In this document: positions 18,013 to 24,440 of the stretch, one piece after another
Position numbering within the stretch: the first letter of the stretch is position 1
Layout: each line of letters starts with the position of its first letter
Virus record (IMG/VR): IMGVR_UViG_3300038379_000739
Location: 1-24,440 of that record
DNA: 24,440 nucleotides
Origin: a virus
Lineage: Duplodnaviria > Caudoviricetes
Strand: one strand, 5' to 3'
Notes under the pieces: model-generated
The model's database searches: none
Told to the model about the DNA's origin: nothing
Seen by the model: the letters and a program-made list of their open reading frames with translations, nothing else
Program-made: the position numbers and the translations under genes

Positions 18013-18700
18013 CACTTTTTTAAAAAAAAATTACTAAAAAATAATGGCGCGCCCCTCAGTTGTCAGCCCTGCTTCGCCATTCCGCTAACGCACCTTTCGC
18101 GTCGCCTCTCCTTCGTCAAGCGAACGCTTAGGTGCGAACGCTCCAAGTCTTGCAGCGCTTCCGACATCGGGTCGGGCTGCTACGGGTTTCGCTTCGCTCC
18201 AGCCACGTCAGACGTGGTAAAAAAACCACGTCCACGTGTCCAAGCCCTCCGCATCCCTCGCGCAAAACACCAACACGCGCAAACCTCAACAAAAAAGCCA
18301 CACGCGGCAGCCTACCGACCTCAACCCCAACTCAAAAGCCCGCTTGGCAGCCGCTTACACAAAACCTCAACTACAAACCAGCCAACACGCATTTGCGGCC
18401 TGCGAATCCCTCGCGGCTCAACACGGTCGGCATCGGCGGCTCGGCGGCGTAGGCTCGCGGCAGCCCGCGCGCTTCGGCGGGCTTATTGCCGCAGCCAGCG
18501 CGCCGCAACACTCGCCGCCTTGCCTCCACCAACATAAAATTTCGGGGTTTAGGTTTTTTGGGGGTTTGTGTTTTGTCGTCGTCGGCTTTCGCCGTCGCCT
18601 GTTTGCTATTTTCAGCGTTTTTGCGCTTTTTATTTGGTTTTCTCGTTGGTTTTCGTTAGTTTTGTCTTGCGTTTCGGCTTTTTCCCCGTCGCTTTGTCCC

Positions 18701-19279
18701 GTGTCAGCCTCTCTTTTCGCCCCTGTTTCCTCGCTCGTTTCGGGCTTTCCGGTTGTCGGTGTTTCCGGCTGCCGTTCTTGCGCTTCCGCTTCCGCTTCCG
18801 CTTCCGCGTTCGTTTCTTCCCTTCCGGCCTCCCTTCCTGTTTTTGTGGGCTGCGCTTCCGGCGTGGATTCGGCCGCACGCGCTGCCCGGCCTTCCGCCCG
18901 CGTGTTTCGGGTTTCTGTTTCGGGTGGCTCGCCGTCGTTCGGTGGCGCTTCCGGTCGCGCGGCCTTCGCCGCTCGTTCGGCTGCTTTCTTGGGCGCTTTG
19001 TCCGCTTCTGGTGGCCTGCTGGTTTCTTTTCCGTCGCGGCCTTGCCCCGCCGCTTGCGTTCCTTCTCGCTCGTTCGCTGGTTTTGGCTCCGGTTCGTGGG
19101 GTTCTGTCTGCATGGCGCTTGGGCTTGGGTTGCCCGTGCTGGTTTTCGTTCCGGCTTCGCTCGGTCCGCAGTTTCCCGCCCCCGCGCGTGTTCGTTCGCG
19201 TTTTTCCCTTGTCGCTTCGCTTGCTTCCGGCTCGTGGTGGCTTGCCGCCGCCGCGCCGGCGCCGCTTTCTTTGTTTTAG
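18701..19279 (+). CDS. DprA/Smf-like SLOG-fold protein encoded by adenine-depleted DNA (probable GTG start)
   Basis: VGVSGCR, VFVGCASGVD, AFAARS, LVSFP, GSGSWGSV..AL.LG.PVLVF follow the DprA/SLOG Rossmann motif order; same frame as ORF 18236..19279. Confidence 0.65.
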   Translation: MSASLFAPVSSLVSGFPVVGVSGCRSCASASASASAFVSSLPASLPVFVGCASGVDSAARAARPSARVFRVSVSGGSPSFGGASGRAAFAARSAAFLGALSASGGLLVSFPSRPCPAACVPSRSFAGFGSGSWGSVCMALGLGLPVLVFVPASLGPQFPAPARVRSRFSLVASLASGSWWLAAAAPAPLSLF

Positions 19280-19298
19280 TTTTCTCTTTTTCAGTGAG

Positions 19299-19307
19299 TT
19301 ATCCACA
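19299..19307 (+). promoter_or_regulatory. Single perfect DnaA box
   Basis: TTATCCACA, intergenic, upstream of an AT-rich tract. Confidence 0.35.
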
Positions 19308-19361
19308 TTTTTGGCGGGCGCTTAGTGGAAAAATTTTTTTAAAAAAAGTATTAAAAAAGTA

Positions 19362-19391
19362 TTGCTTTTTTCGGAAAAGGTAGTAAATTTG
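19362..19391 (+). promoter_or_regulatory. Bacteroidota-type promoter, rightward (early operon leading into the cassette array)
   Basis: TTG-N19-TAAATTTG. Confidence 0.7.
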
Positions 19392-19419
19392 TATATCAGT
19401 TCACCAAACAACAGCCGCT

Positions 19420-19695
19420 ATGTTCTCTCCTTCTTTTCATGTGCCCGACTTGGTCGTTTTCAAAATTTCAATTCCAACAGCCTTTCAATTACCCGAATTT
19501 TCCAGCGTAGGCGACCGCCCCACCTTTGTGAGTGATTCCATAAGGGCAATTTTTCTCGAAAATGAAACCCCTTTTTTTAAGTGGTACCACATTGTAACAA
19601 GTTGGCCGGGCGCTGTTTCGGAAAACAGCCTCGAAATATGGGCAAATGAATATCAAAAAGCCGCCCACTCAAAAGAAGCGTTTGAAGTCATTTAG
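19420..19695 (+). CDS. Hypothetical protein (91 aa)
   Basis: ATG ORF just after the promoter. Confidence 0.55.
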   Translation: MFSPSFHVPDLVVFKISIPTAFQLPEFSSVGDRPTFVSDSIRAIFLENETPFFKWYHIVTSWPGAVSENSLEIWANEYQKAAHSKEAFEVI

Positions 19696-19753
19696 CCCCC
19701 GCCACTCCATACCCCGAAAAGCCTTTTTTCTTTCACCTTTTAAATCATTAAAA

Positions 19754-20029
19754 ATGAACGCACATTATTTCTTTTTTGCAATCAACTTGAACACTGCAGA
19801 AGTTGAATGTTTCGCCACAAAATACCTGCCCACAACAAACCAAAAAGGCAGCCGATTCAAATTCTGGCAGATAAATGCCGGATTTGAGACTATTGGGAAG
19901 CCCATAACAATAAATTGGAGCTACAGCGCGACAAGTCAGCAGGAGCAGTTACAGGAGGCCTTGGGGTCGGATTGGAAAGTGTTGTCATTATATCAAGCAT
20001 GCACCCGTATTTCATCGCCCTCAAAATAG
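19754..20029 (+). CDS. Hypothetical protein (probable start MNAHY)
   Basis: ATG after an AT-rich leader; TKYLPTTN.KGSR.K segment. Confidence 0.65.
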   Translation: MNAHYFFFAINLNTAEVECFATKYLPTTNQKGSRFKFWQINAGFETIGKPITINWSYSATSQQEQLQEALGSDWKVLSLYQACTRISSPSK

Positions 20030-20037
20030 CCCAAAAA

Positions 20038-20361
20038 ATGAAAAATCGCCACATTTCCACCCGCACCACCTTAGAGCCTTACGGCCTTGTTCGCATTAGC
20101 GGCACGGTAGCCCGCAACCCTTTCTACACTTTCGAGGAAAGACAGTTTGAACCGCTTTACGACATTCAAAACTTGCGCGTAGAAATAAAAAACGAGGTTT
20201 TGCACTCGCCCACCTGTTGCCAGTTTGAGCAATGGGAAATAGAAAAGTGCGAGGAGGTTTTGATTGAAAAGTTTGTCGAGAATGAAGGTTTTGAGCAAGA
20301 CAGCCTAATTGATGAAATGATTGAACGCGGGCGCGAACTCGCCCACCGAGCATACGAATAA
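20038..20361 (+). CDS. Hypothetical protein (probable start MKNRH)
   Basis: ATG 8 nt after the previous stop; acidic C-terminus. Confidence 0.65.
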   Translation: MKNRHISTRTTLEPYGLVRISGTVARNPFYTFEERQFEPLYDIQNLRVEIKNEVLHSPTCCQFEQWEIEKCEEVLIEKFVENEGFEQDSLIDEMIERGRELAHRAYE

Positions 20362-20417
20362 AACAACCCCAAAAAACCTTTTCACACACATTTTTTCACC
20401 TCCTAAATTTTCAAACC

Positions 20418-20858
20418 ATGCCAACCAGCAACGAAACGGCAGTCGCCTTGACCAACAGAAACACCGACCTGATTCCAGCCCCGACATTTTCGCCCGATAC
20501 GCCCGTAACCGTCAACAAAGAGGCTTTGAAAGAAGCGCCTCGTTCAGCCCTGAATATCTGCCTTGAATACCATGAATTTGAAATTGGCCAGCCCGTGCGC
20601 GGCATCTTCTTGGGCTTGACACCCTACAAATGCGCCGACAAACAGAGCGGCGAAGAAGTTGTTCTCACAGGCGCTGTTTTCGTGGATGAAAACGGCAGCG
20701 TAAAAATCAACTGCGCGGTAAAATTTGTGACGACACTATCAATGTTCGGCCTAAAAACGGCATTTGAAGCCACATTTACCCGCACAAAAAAGACAGGAAA
20801 CGGAGGAAATATGCAGTTATTCGACATCCGACCGCTTGCCTACAATGAAAAGAAATAG
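20418..20858 (+). CDS. Hypothetical beta-rich protein, possible ssDNA-binding/recombination partner
   Basis: 146 aa immediately upstream of the exonuclease; function inferred from position only. Confidence 0.6.
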   Translation: MPTSNETAVALTNRNTDLIPAPTFSPDTPVTVNKEALKEAPRSALNICLEYHEFEIGQPVRGIFLGLTPYKCADKQSGEEVVLTGAVFVDENGSVKINCAVKFVTTLSMFGLKTAFEATFTRTKKTGNGGNMQLFDIRPLAYNEKK

Positions 20859-20870
20859 CGGAGGTTGTTA

Positions 20871-20905
20871 GCCCCGCGTTTGCGCAATGCGGCGCGGGGT
20901 TTTTT
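20871..20905 (+). terminator. GC-rich hairpin with T-tract
   Basis: gccccgcgtt tgc gcaat gcg gcgcggggt ttttt. Confidence 0.55.
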
Positions 20906-20927
20906 CTCTTTCTCAAACTCTTTTGCC

Positions 20928-21650
20928 ATGCTCTACAGAAATTTTGAAATCCATCCAAGCCTAAGATTCGATAGCGCAGTTCCGTCAAAAGCCACCAACG
21001 TCGTTTTATCCGAACTCCAAGCCGCCGAAACGACGCTTTCCGAATTCCAACGCGAAAGGCTCGGCAAAATCACCGCCTCGCGCTTCGGCCTTATCAAGCC
21101 CCTGAAAAACGGCGAATGGAGCGAAACCGCATTGTCATACCTGTACGACCTATTAGGCGAACACCTCACCGACCAGCCGTCACAGACATTTACCGGCTCG
21201 GACGCGACCGAATGGGGAAACAAATACGAAGCCCAAGCCATCAATGAGTACACAAAACGCACAGGCCGCAAAGTGCAACAACGCAACACGTTTATGCAGC
21301 ACCCGGAACTGCAATTTGTCGGAGGCACACCCGATGGATTGGTTGGAGAAAAAGGCTTGATTGAGGTGAAATGCCCTTTCACATTCAAAAACCACCTTCG
21401 CACAGTCGTTACCCGCATAGTCCCCGACGAGTATTTGGCGCAAGTTCACGGGCATTTGTGGCTGTCAGGTCGCCAATGGTGTGATTTTGTGAGTTACGAC
21501 CCGCGTATTCCAACCAAACACAAACACGCAAGGCTTGTCGTCATTCGTGTCAAGCGAAACCCGATGATTTTGAACGACCTCGAAAACCTAATTGGCCGAT
21601 TTAACGACTTGCTTTTGGAAAAACTCAATTTGCTCAAAATCAAGGTATAA
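20928..21650 (+). CDS. YqaJ/lambda-exonuclease family recombination nuclease (probable start MLYRNF)
   Basis: RLGKITASRF, WG..YE..A, GGTPDGLV, IEVKCP, Y.AQV, WCDFVSYDPR. Confidence 0.92.
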   Translation: MLYRNFEIHPSLRFDSAVPSKATNVVLSELQAAETTLSEFQRERLGKITASRFGLIKPLKNGEWSETALSYLYDLLGEHLTDQPSQTFTGSDATEWGNKYEAQAINEYTKRTGRKVQQRNTFMQHPELQFVGGTPDGLVGEKGLIEVKCPFTFKNHLRTVVTRIVPDEYLAQVHGHLWLSGRQWCDFVSYDPRIPTKHKHARLVVIRVKRNPMILNDLENLIGRFNDLLLEKLNLLKIKV

Positions 21651-21654
21651 CTGC

Positions 21655-21720
21655 GCTTAACGTGAGCGTGAGCGCTGTGCGACGTATAGGAAGCATAGAC
21701 GCACACGCATAGTTATCTAC
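21655..21720. other. attC-like hairpin B1
   Basis: gcttAAC gtga gcgtgagcg ctgtgc ... gcatag a cgcacacgc ata GTTatctac. Confidence 0.8.
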
Positions 21721-21744
21721 TTTTTTCACTAAACTTTTTCAAAA

Positions 21745-22110
21745 ATGAACAGATATTTTGAAGGAGATAAGCAAGTCACCGCCGAAATATGTGCGCAACC
21801 AGAGCCAGATAAAGTGGTTTTGGCTTGGGCAAGCCGGAAGCGGCATTTGTTTGTCAACGGCGTTTTGTTGTGCGAAAAAAAGCACAAGACAGGTGACGGG
21901 TATAATCACAAAGGCGGGCATTATATGTCGTACCAACTTGAATTTCCAACATGGGAAAAGAAGGCGCCTGATGAAAAATATGCACATCTTGACGGGATAA
22001 TACCTGCGAAGCCGCTTGATGAGATAGGCGGAATTATCCGTTCATCCATTTGCTCCGCTTGCCAAAAGCGATACGACAAGATTTTTATGCCTACTTCATT
22101 TTGTAGATAA
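21745..22110 (+). CDS. Cassette B1 hypothetical protein (121 aa)
   Basis: Fills the cassette; stop TAA lies in gtagaTAAc; C-terminal CSAC motif. Confidence 0.75.
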   Translation: MNRYFEGDKQVTAEICAQPEPDKVVLAWASRKRHLFVNGVLLCEKKHKTGDGYNHKGGHYMSYQLEFPTWEKKAPDEKYAHLDGIIPAKPLDEIGGIIRSSICSACQKRYDKIFMPTSFCR

Positions 22111-22193
22111 CTGATGCATTGCTGATGTGGCGGCGTGGGTTGGCTTTGAGCGTTGGCTTTCGCCGCCATGTGCAGCAATGCTTTGTTAGCAGA
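22103..22193. other. attC-like hairpin B2
   Basis: gtagatAAC tgat gcattgctg atgtggcggcg ... cgccgccatgt g cagcaatgc ttt GTTagcaga; gtagataac is the reverse complement of gttatctac. Confidence 0.85.
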
Positions 22194-22279
22194 ATTTTTT
22201 ACGTCAAAGCCGAACACCGTTTTAAGAAGTAGGCAAATTATCGGAATGGGGAAGCCGTAACCAAGTACCCACATTTAAC

Positions 22280-22954
22280 ATGAAAGTTCAAGCAATCCGC
22301 ACCGACAAAGGCAATTTCCTTGCAAACTACAACGGTTATTTTTTCTTCGTCGGCAGCAACCGAAAAACGCCCCTTCGCATGAGCAACGCAAGCGAATTTG
22401 AAAACGCTTTGGCAAATTGGGGTCAAGTGGAAGAACCTCTCCACATTTCCAAAATCAGGGAAATAATCGAATTGTCGGCTATGTCGGCTAAAATCGGTTG
22501 CTACGTTGACTCCATGAGCAAAGCCGATTTGTCGCAACTCTACATCGAAAATTTCCGCGAAGAATTTTCGTATGTGAACAACGATTTTAATTATGTCGTT
22601 GGCTTTTACGCCAACGGCGAGTACCAAAAGTTTTCGCCAAAGTGCGGCAAAGGCACGTTAGAGTATGGCAATTTCGGAACACCGACTTCGTGGGACGGTG
22701 AAACCTACGTCGAAACGCTGCAACGGTTCATCGCCAAAACTTCGACTTACCCCGAAGTGATGGTTGTTAAAAATTCAAATCACGACAGCCGTCAAGGTGA
22801 CAGGTACAAATCCGAAATTCACGCCTACGTCCTGCCTTCGCAGGAAGCAATTGAGGCGTTTTTCGGCAGCGTACTCGAAGCCTACGAAACGCTGAAAAAA
22901 ATGCCTACTGCCTTTATTCTTGTATTTATTATTTTCTTTTTTTATTGCGGCTAA
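22280..22954 (+). CDS. Cassette B2 hypothetical protein (224 aa)
   Basis: Fills the cassette; stop lies in the core site. Confidence 0.75.
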   Translation: MKVQAIRTDKGNFLANYNGYFFFVGSNRKTPLRMSNASEFENALANWGQVEEPLHISKIREIIELSAMSAKIGCYVDSMSKADLSQLYIENFREEFSYVNNDFNYVVGFYANGEYQKFSPKCGKGTLEYGNFGTPTSWDGETYVETLQRFIAKTSTYPEVMVVKNSNHDSRQGDRYKSEIHAYVLPSQEAIEAFFGSVLEAYETLKKMPTAFILVFIIFFFYCG

Positions 22955-23037
22955 TCTGGCACTCACGCAGCCCCGCCCTGTTAGGCTTTCGAGCGCGGGC
23001 ATTGGGCGGGGTTGGCGTTGAGTGCATTGTTCGACGA
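22947..23037. other. attC-like hairpin B3 (degenerate core: AAT instead of AAC)
   Basis: gctAAT ctg gcactca cgc agccccgccc ... gggcggggtt g gcg t tgagtgc att GTTcgacga. Confidence 0.75.
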
Positions 23038-23067
23038 TTTTATTTTTACTTTTTTTTGATTTAGGTA

Positions 23068-23099
23068 TTGCGCGAAAACAAAAAAAGTGTTTACCTTTG
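23068..23099 (+). promoter_or_regulatory. Bacteroidota-type promoter inside cassette B3
   Basis: TTG-N21-TACCTTTG, 19 nt upstream of the ATG at 23119. Confidence 0.65.
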
Positions 23100-23118
23100 T
23101 GTCATAAATTTTTTTAAA

Positions 23119-23499
23119 ATGGCACACAGAATCAATACTCGAAATTTTGAAAACGGCATGGATAGCCGCCTCGAAACTGCCGACTGGAAAAAATATATTT
23201 CACGCCATTGCCAATTTTGGTCAAAGGCTGAAATGATGGATGCTTTTGGCAATGACCCCGCAGCAAAAAAGGCGATTGAGGCAAAGTTTTCTCCATTTTT
23301 GCTCGGAGAACACCTTTACTACAATTTGCCAGACGGTCAATCGCAGGTGTGCGTCGGCTACGTTGATGAGCAATCGGAAAGAGGCTATTACATGATTCAA
23401 CTTGCCTCCGAATTTGGTGAGGACTGCGAAGTGTGCAGGGGTAAAAAAGCGGCGTGTGAACGCCTGTTTGAAATCTACCAACAAGCGACGGCGGCATGA
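23119..23499 (+). CDS. Cassette B3 hypothetical protein (probable start MAHRIN, 126 aa)
   Basis: ATG after promoter and AT-rich leader. Confidence 0.72.
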   Translation: MAHRINTRNFENGMDSRLETADWKKYISRHCQFWSKAEMMDAFGNDPAAKKAIEAKFSPFLLGEHLYYNLPDGQSQVCVGYVDEQSERGYYMIQLASEFGEDCEVCRGKKAACERLFEIYQQATAA

Positions 23500-23846
23500 G
23501 CGAAAAAAAGCGCGGCGGCGCGGGGCGCGGGCAGGGGCGAAAGCCCAAAAAGGACGGAGAAAAACTTGTCAAGCGGCAAGTTTTTTTTCGCCCTGACCAA
23601 CTCGAAAAAGTGATTGGCAGAAACTTGTCTGACCACATCCGGCGAATTTTTGACCACTTCCACGATTTGGAAGCGCAACCCGAAAAAAAGCAATTTGTCG
23701 AACCAAGTCGAAAAAACCATTTTTGGGTTGGTGGCGACACCTGTATTTTTTGCGGGGTCAAAAAGGTCGGGAAACAATTTTTCGATAAAAATGAAACGTT
23801 GTTACCTTCAAAACCAGACTGCACAAAAGCATTGACGAAATTCTGA
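23496..23846 (+). CDS. Cassette B3 putative DNA-binding protein
   Basis: ATGA overlap with the previous gene; RGGAGRGQGRKP N-terminus followed by an RHH-like segment; CIFC near the C-terminus. Confidence 0.65.
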   Translation: MSEKKRGGAGRGQGRKPKKDGEKLVKRQVFFRPDQLEKVIGRNLSDHIRRIFDHFHDLEAQPEKKQFVEPSRKNHFWVGGDTCIFCGVKKVGKQFFDKNETLLPSKPDCTKALTKF

Positions 23847-23865
23847 TATTTATTTATCTTTTGTT

Positions 23866-23932
23866 TCGTCGAACTGAAGCATCCACGCTGCGCAACGTAT
23901 AGGCAGCGTTGGCGGGGATGCAGGGTTGTCAA
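23866..23932. other. attC-like hairpin B4
   Basis: tcgtcgAAC tgaa gcatcc a cgc ... gcg g ggatgc agg GTTgtcaa; tcgtcgaac is the reverse complement of gttcgacga. Confidence 0.8.
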
Positions 23933-23960
23933 TATTTTTTCACACTCTAAAACAAAAAAA

Positions 23961-24305
23961 ATGGCATCAATCACGCTAAAATTTGAAGGATATTCGGACG
24001 ACACTTTTTCGGAGGTCGCATTTAATTCAATTTCGCATGATAACTGCGCTAATGGAAAGCCGATTGTGTTTGAGGTTACATCGGAAGAAGATGAAATGAA
24101 AGAGGGCTTATTTGTTGTCGGAATATACAATTGCCCCGCGTTGCCAAGAGGTTTGCCCGGTAGTTGGCTCATCGGTATTCAGCCACTATACGATGAAGGC
24201 GGGCTGCCAGATTGGAATGCAAGATTCACAGATGGAGATTGTGACTACTCTCCCTGCCTTGAATTAGACGTGCCAAAAAATTACCAAATACGCCTTTTTG
24301 AATAA
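23961..24305 (+). CDS. Cassette B4 hypothetical acidic protein (114 aa)
   Basis: Fills the cassette; F.GYSDDTF N-terminus. Confidence 0.75.
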   Translation: MASITLKFEGYSDDTFSEVAFNSISHDNCANGKPIVFEVTSEEDEMKEGLFVVGIYNCPALPRGLPGSWLIGIQPLYDEGGLPDWNARFTDGDCDYSPCLELDVPKNYQIRLFE

Positions 24306-24308
24306 TTG

Positions 24309-24374
24309 TTGACAACTCCAAGCCTGTTGCATTGCGACATTAGGAGCATTGCCAACAGGCGGCAGTTAGCCACA
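24309..24374. other. attC-like hairpin at the backbone start, second copy
   Basis: ttgacAAC is the reverse complement of gttgtcaa at 23925; hairpin identical to 2297..2357. Confidence 0.82.
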
Positions 24375-24440
24375 ATATTTCAACTCTAAACAGCCCAGAA
24401 ACGGGCATAAAAAAATGCACCATGAAAAATTGGCAACCAT
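24314..24440 (+). repeat. Exact copy of 2297..2423 (last hairpin plus start of the 150-aa gene)
   Basis: Identical for 127 nt, starting exactly at AAC; upstream flanks differ (tcggct vs ttgac). Confidence 0.97.

Larger units (their letters stand above)
2297..21663. mobile_element. Phage/phage-satellite backbone (head, packaging, replication and recombination modules; no recognisable tail or integrase)
   Basis: Terminase-portal-protease-capsid-connector gene order on the - strand, HTH replication initiator and YqaJ exonuclease; both ends are duplicated at the window edges. Confidence 0.9.

Noticed and set aside
18236-18700. N-terminal 155 aa of the 347-aa ORF
   Set aside because: It runs through hairpins and compositionally skewed DNA; recognisable motifs start only after ~18701.
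18782-18805. (GCTTCC)4 microsatellite as a phase-variation switch
   Set aside because: A 6-nt unit preserves the reading frame and only alters an Ala-Ser linker.
18418-19113. 231-aa and other long - strand ORFs over the A-less region
   Set aside because: A T-less strand cannot form stop codons, so these frames are open by default; only the + frame shows fold-like motifs.
20865-20905. Additional attC-like site upstream of the YqaJ gene (gttagcc present)
   Set aside because: The GTT precedes the hairpin rather than following it, there is no AAC core, and a T-tract follows; it fits a terminator better.
23132-24172. 346-aa - strand ORF
   Set aside because: It is antisense to three coherent cassette genes and crosses a cassette boundary; treated as a shadow ORF.
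21655-24374. CRISPR array or simple rho-independent terminators
   Set aside because: The hairpins are non-identical, separated by whole genes, have AAC/GTT cores and mostly lack an adjoining U-tract.

Overview
The window holds a small HK97-fold, phage-like element, probably from a Bacteroidota host (TAnnTTTG promoters, AT-rich leaders without Shine-Dalgarno motifs). Window ends are exact copies of internal sequence (1..112 = 21552..21663; 24314..24440 = 2297..2423). The window therefore reads as one ~19.4-kb backbone (2297..21663) that can close into two circles (~21.55 kb and ~22.02 kb) through two alternative accessory arrays. Both arrays (110..2298, 2 units; 21661..24315, 4 units) are integron-like gene cassettes separated by attC-like hairpins (AAC-N4-GC...GC-N3-GTT), and each cassette's starting GTTnnnnnn is complementary to its own terminal nnnnnnAAC. 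The junctions show that each hairpin travels with the downstream gene, the reverse of classical integrons, and no integrase is visible. The backbone encodes a replication initiator with internal iterons, a YqaJ exonuclease, VRR-NUC, terminase, portal, protease, capsid and head-completion proteins. No tail tube, tape measure, endolysin or integrase is recognisable; a signal-peptide-bearing fibre-like protein sits where tail genes would be expected. A DprA/SLOG-like gene is written almost without adenine (6 A in 579 nt), next to a hairpin-rich segment. All family assignments are by motif recognition, not by database search.
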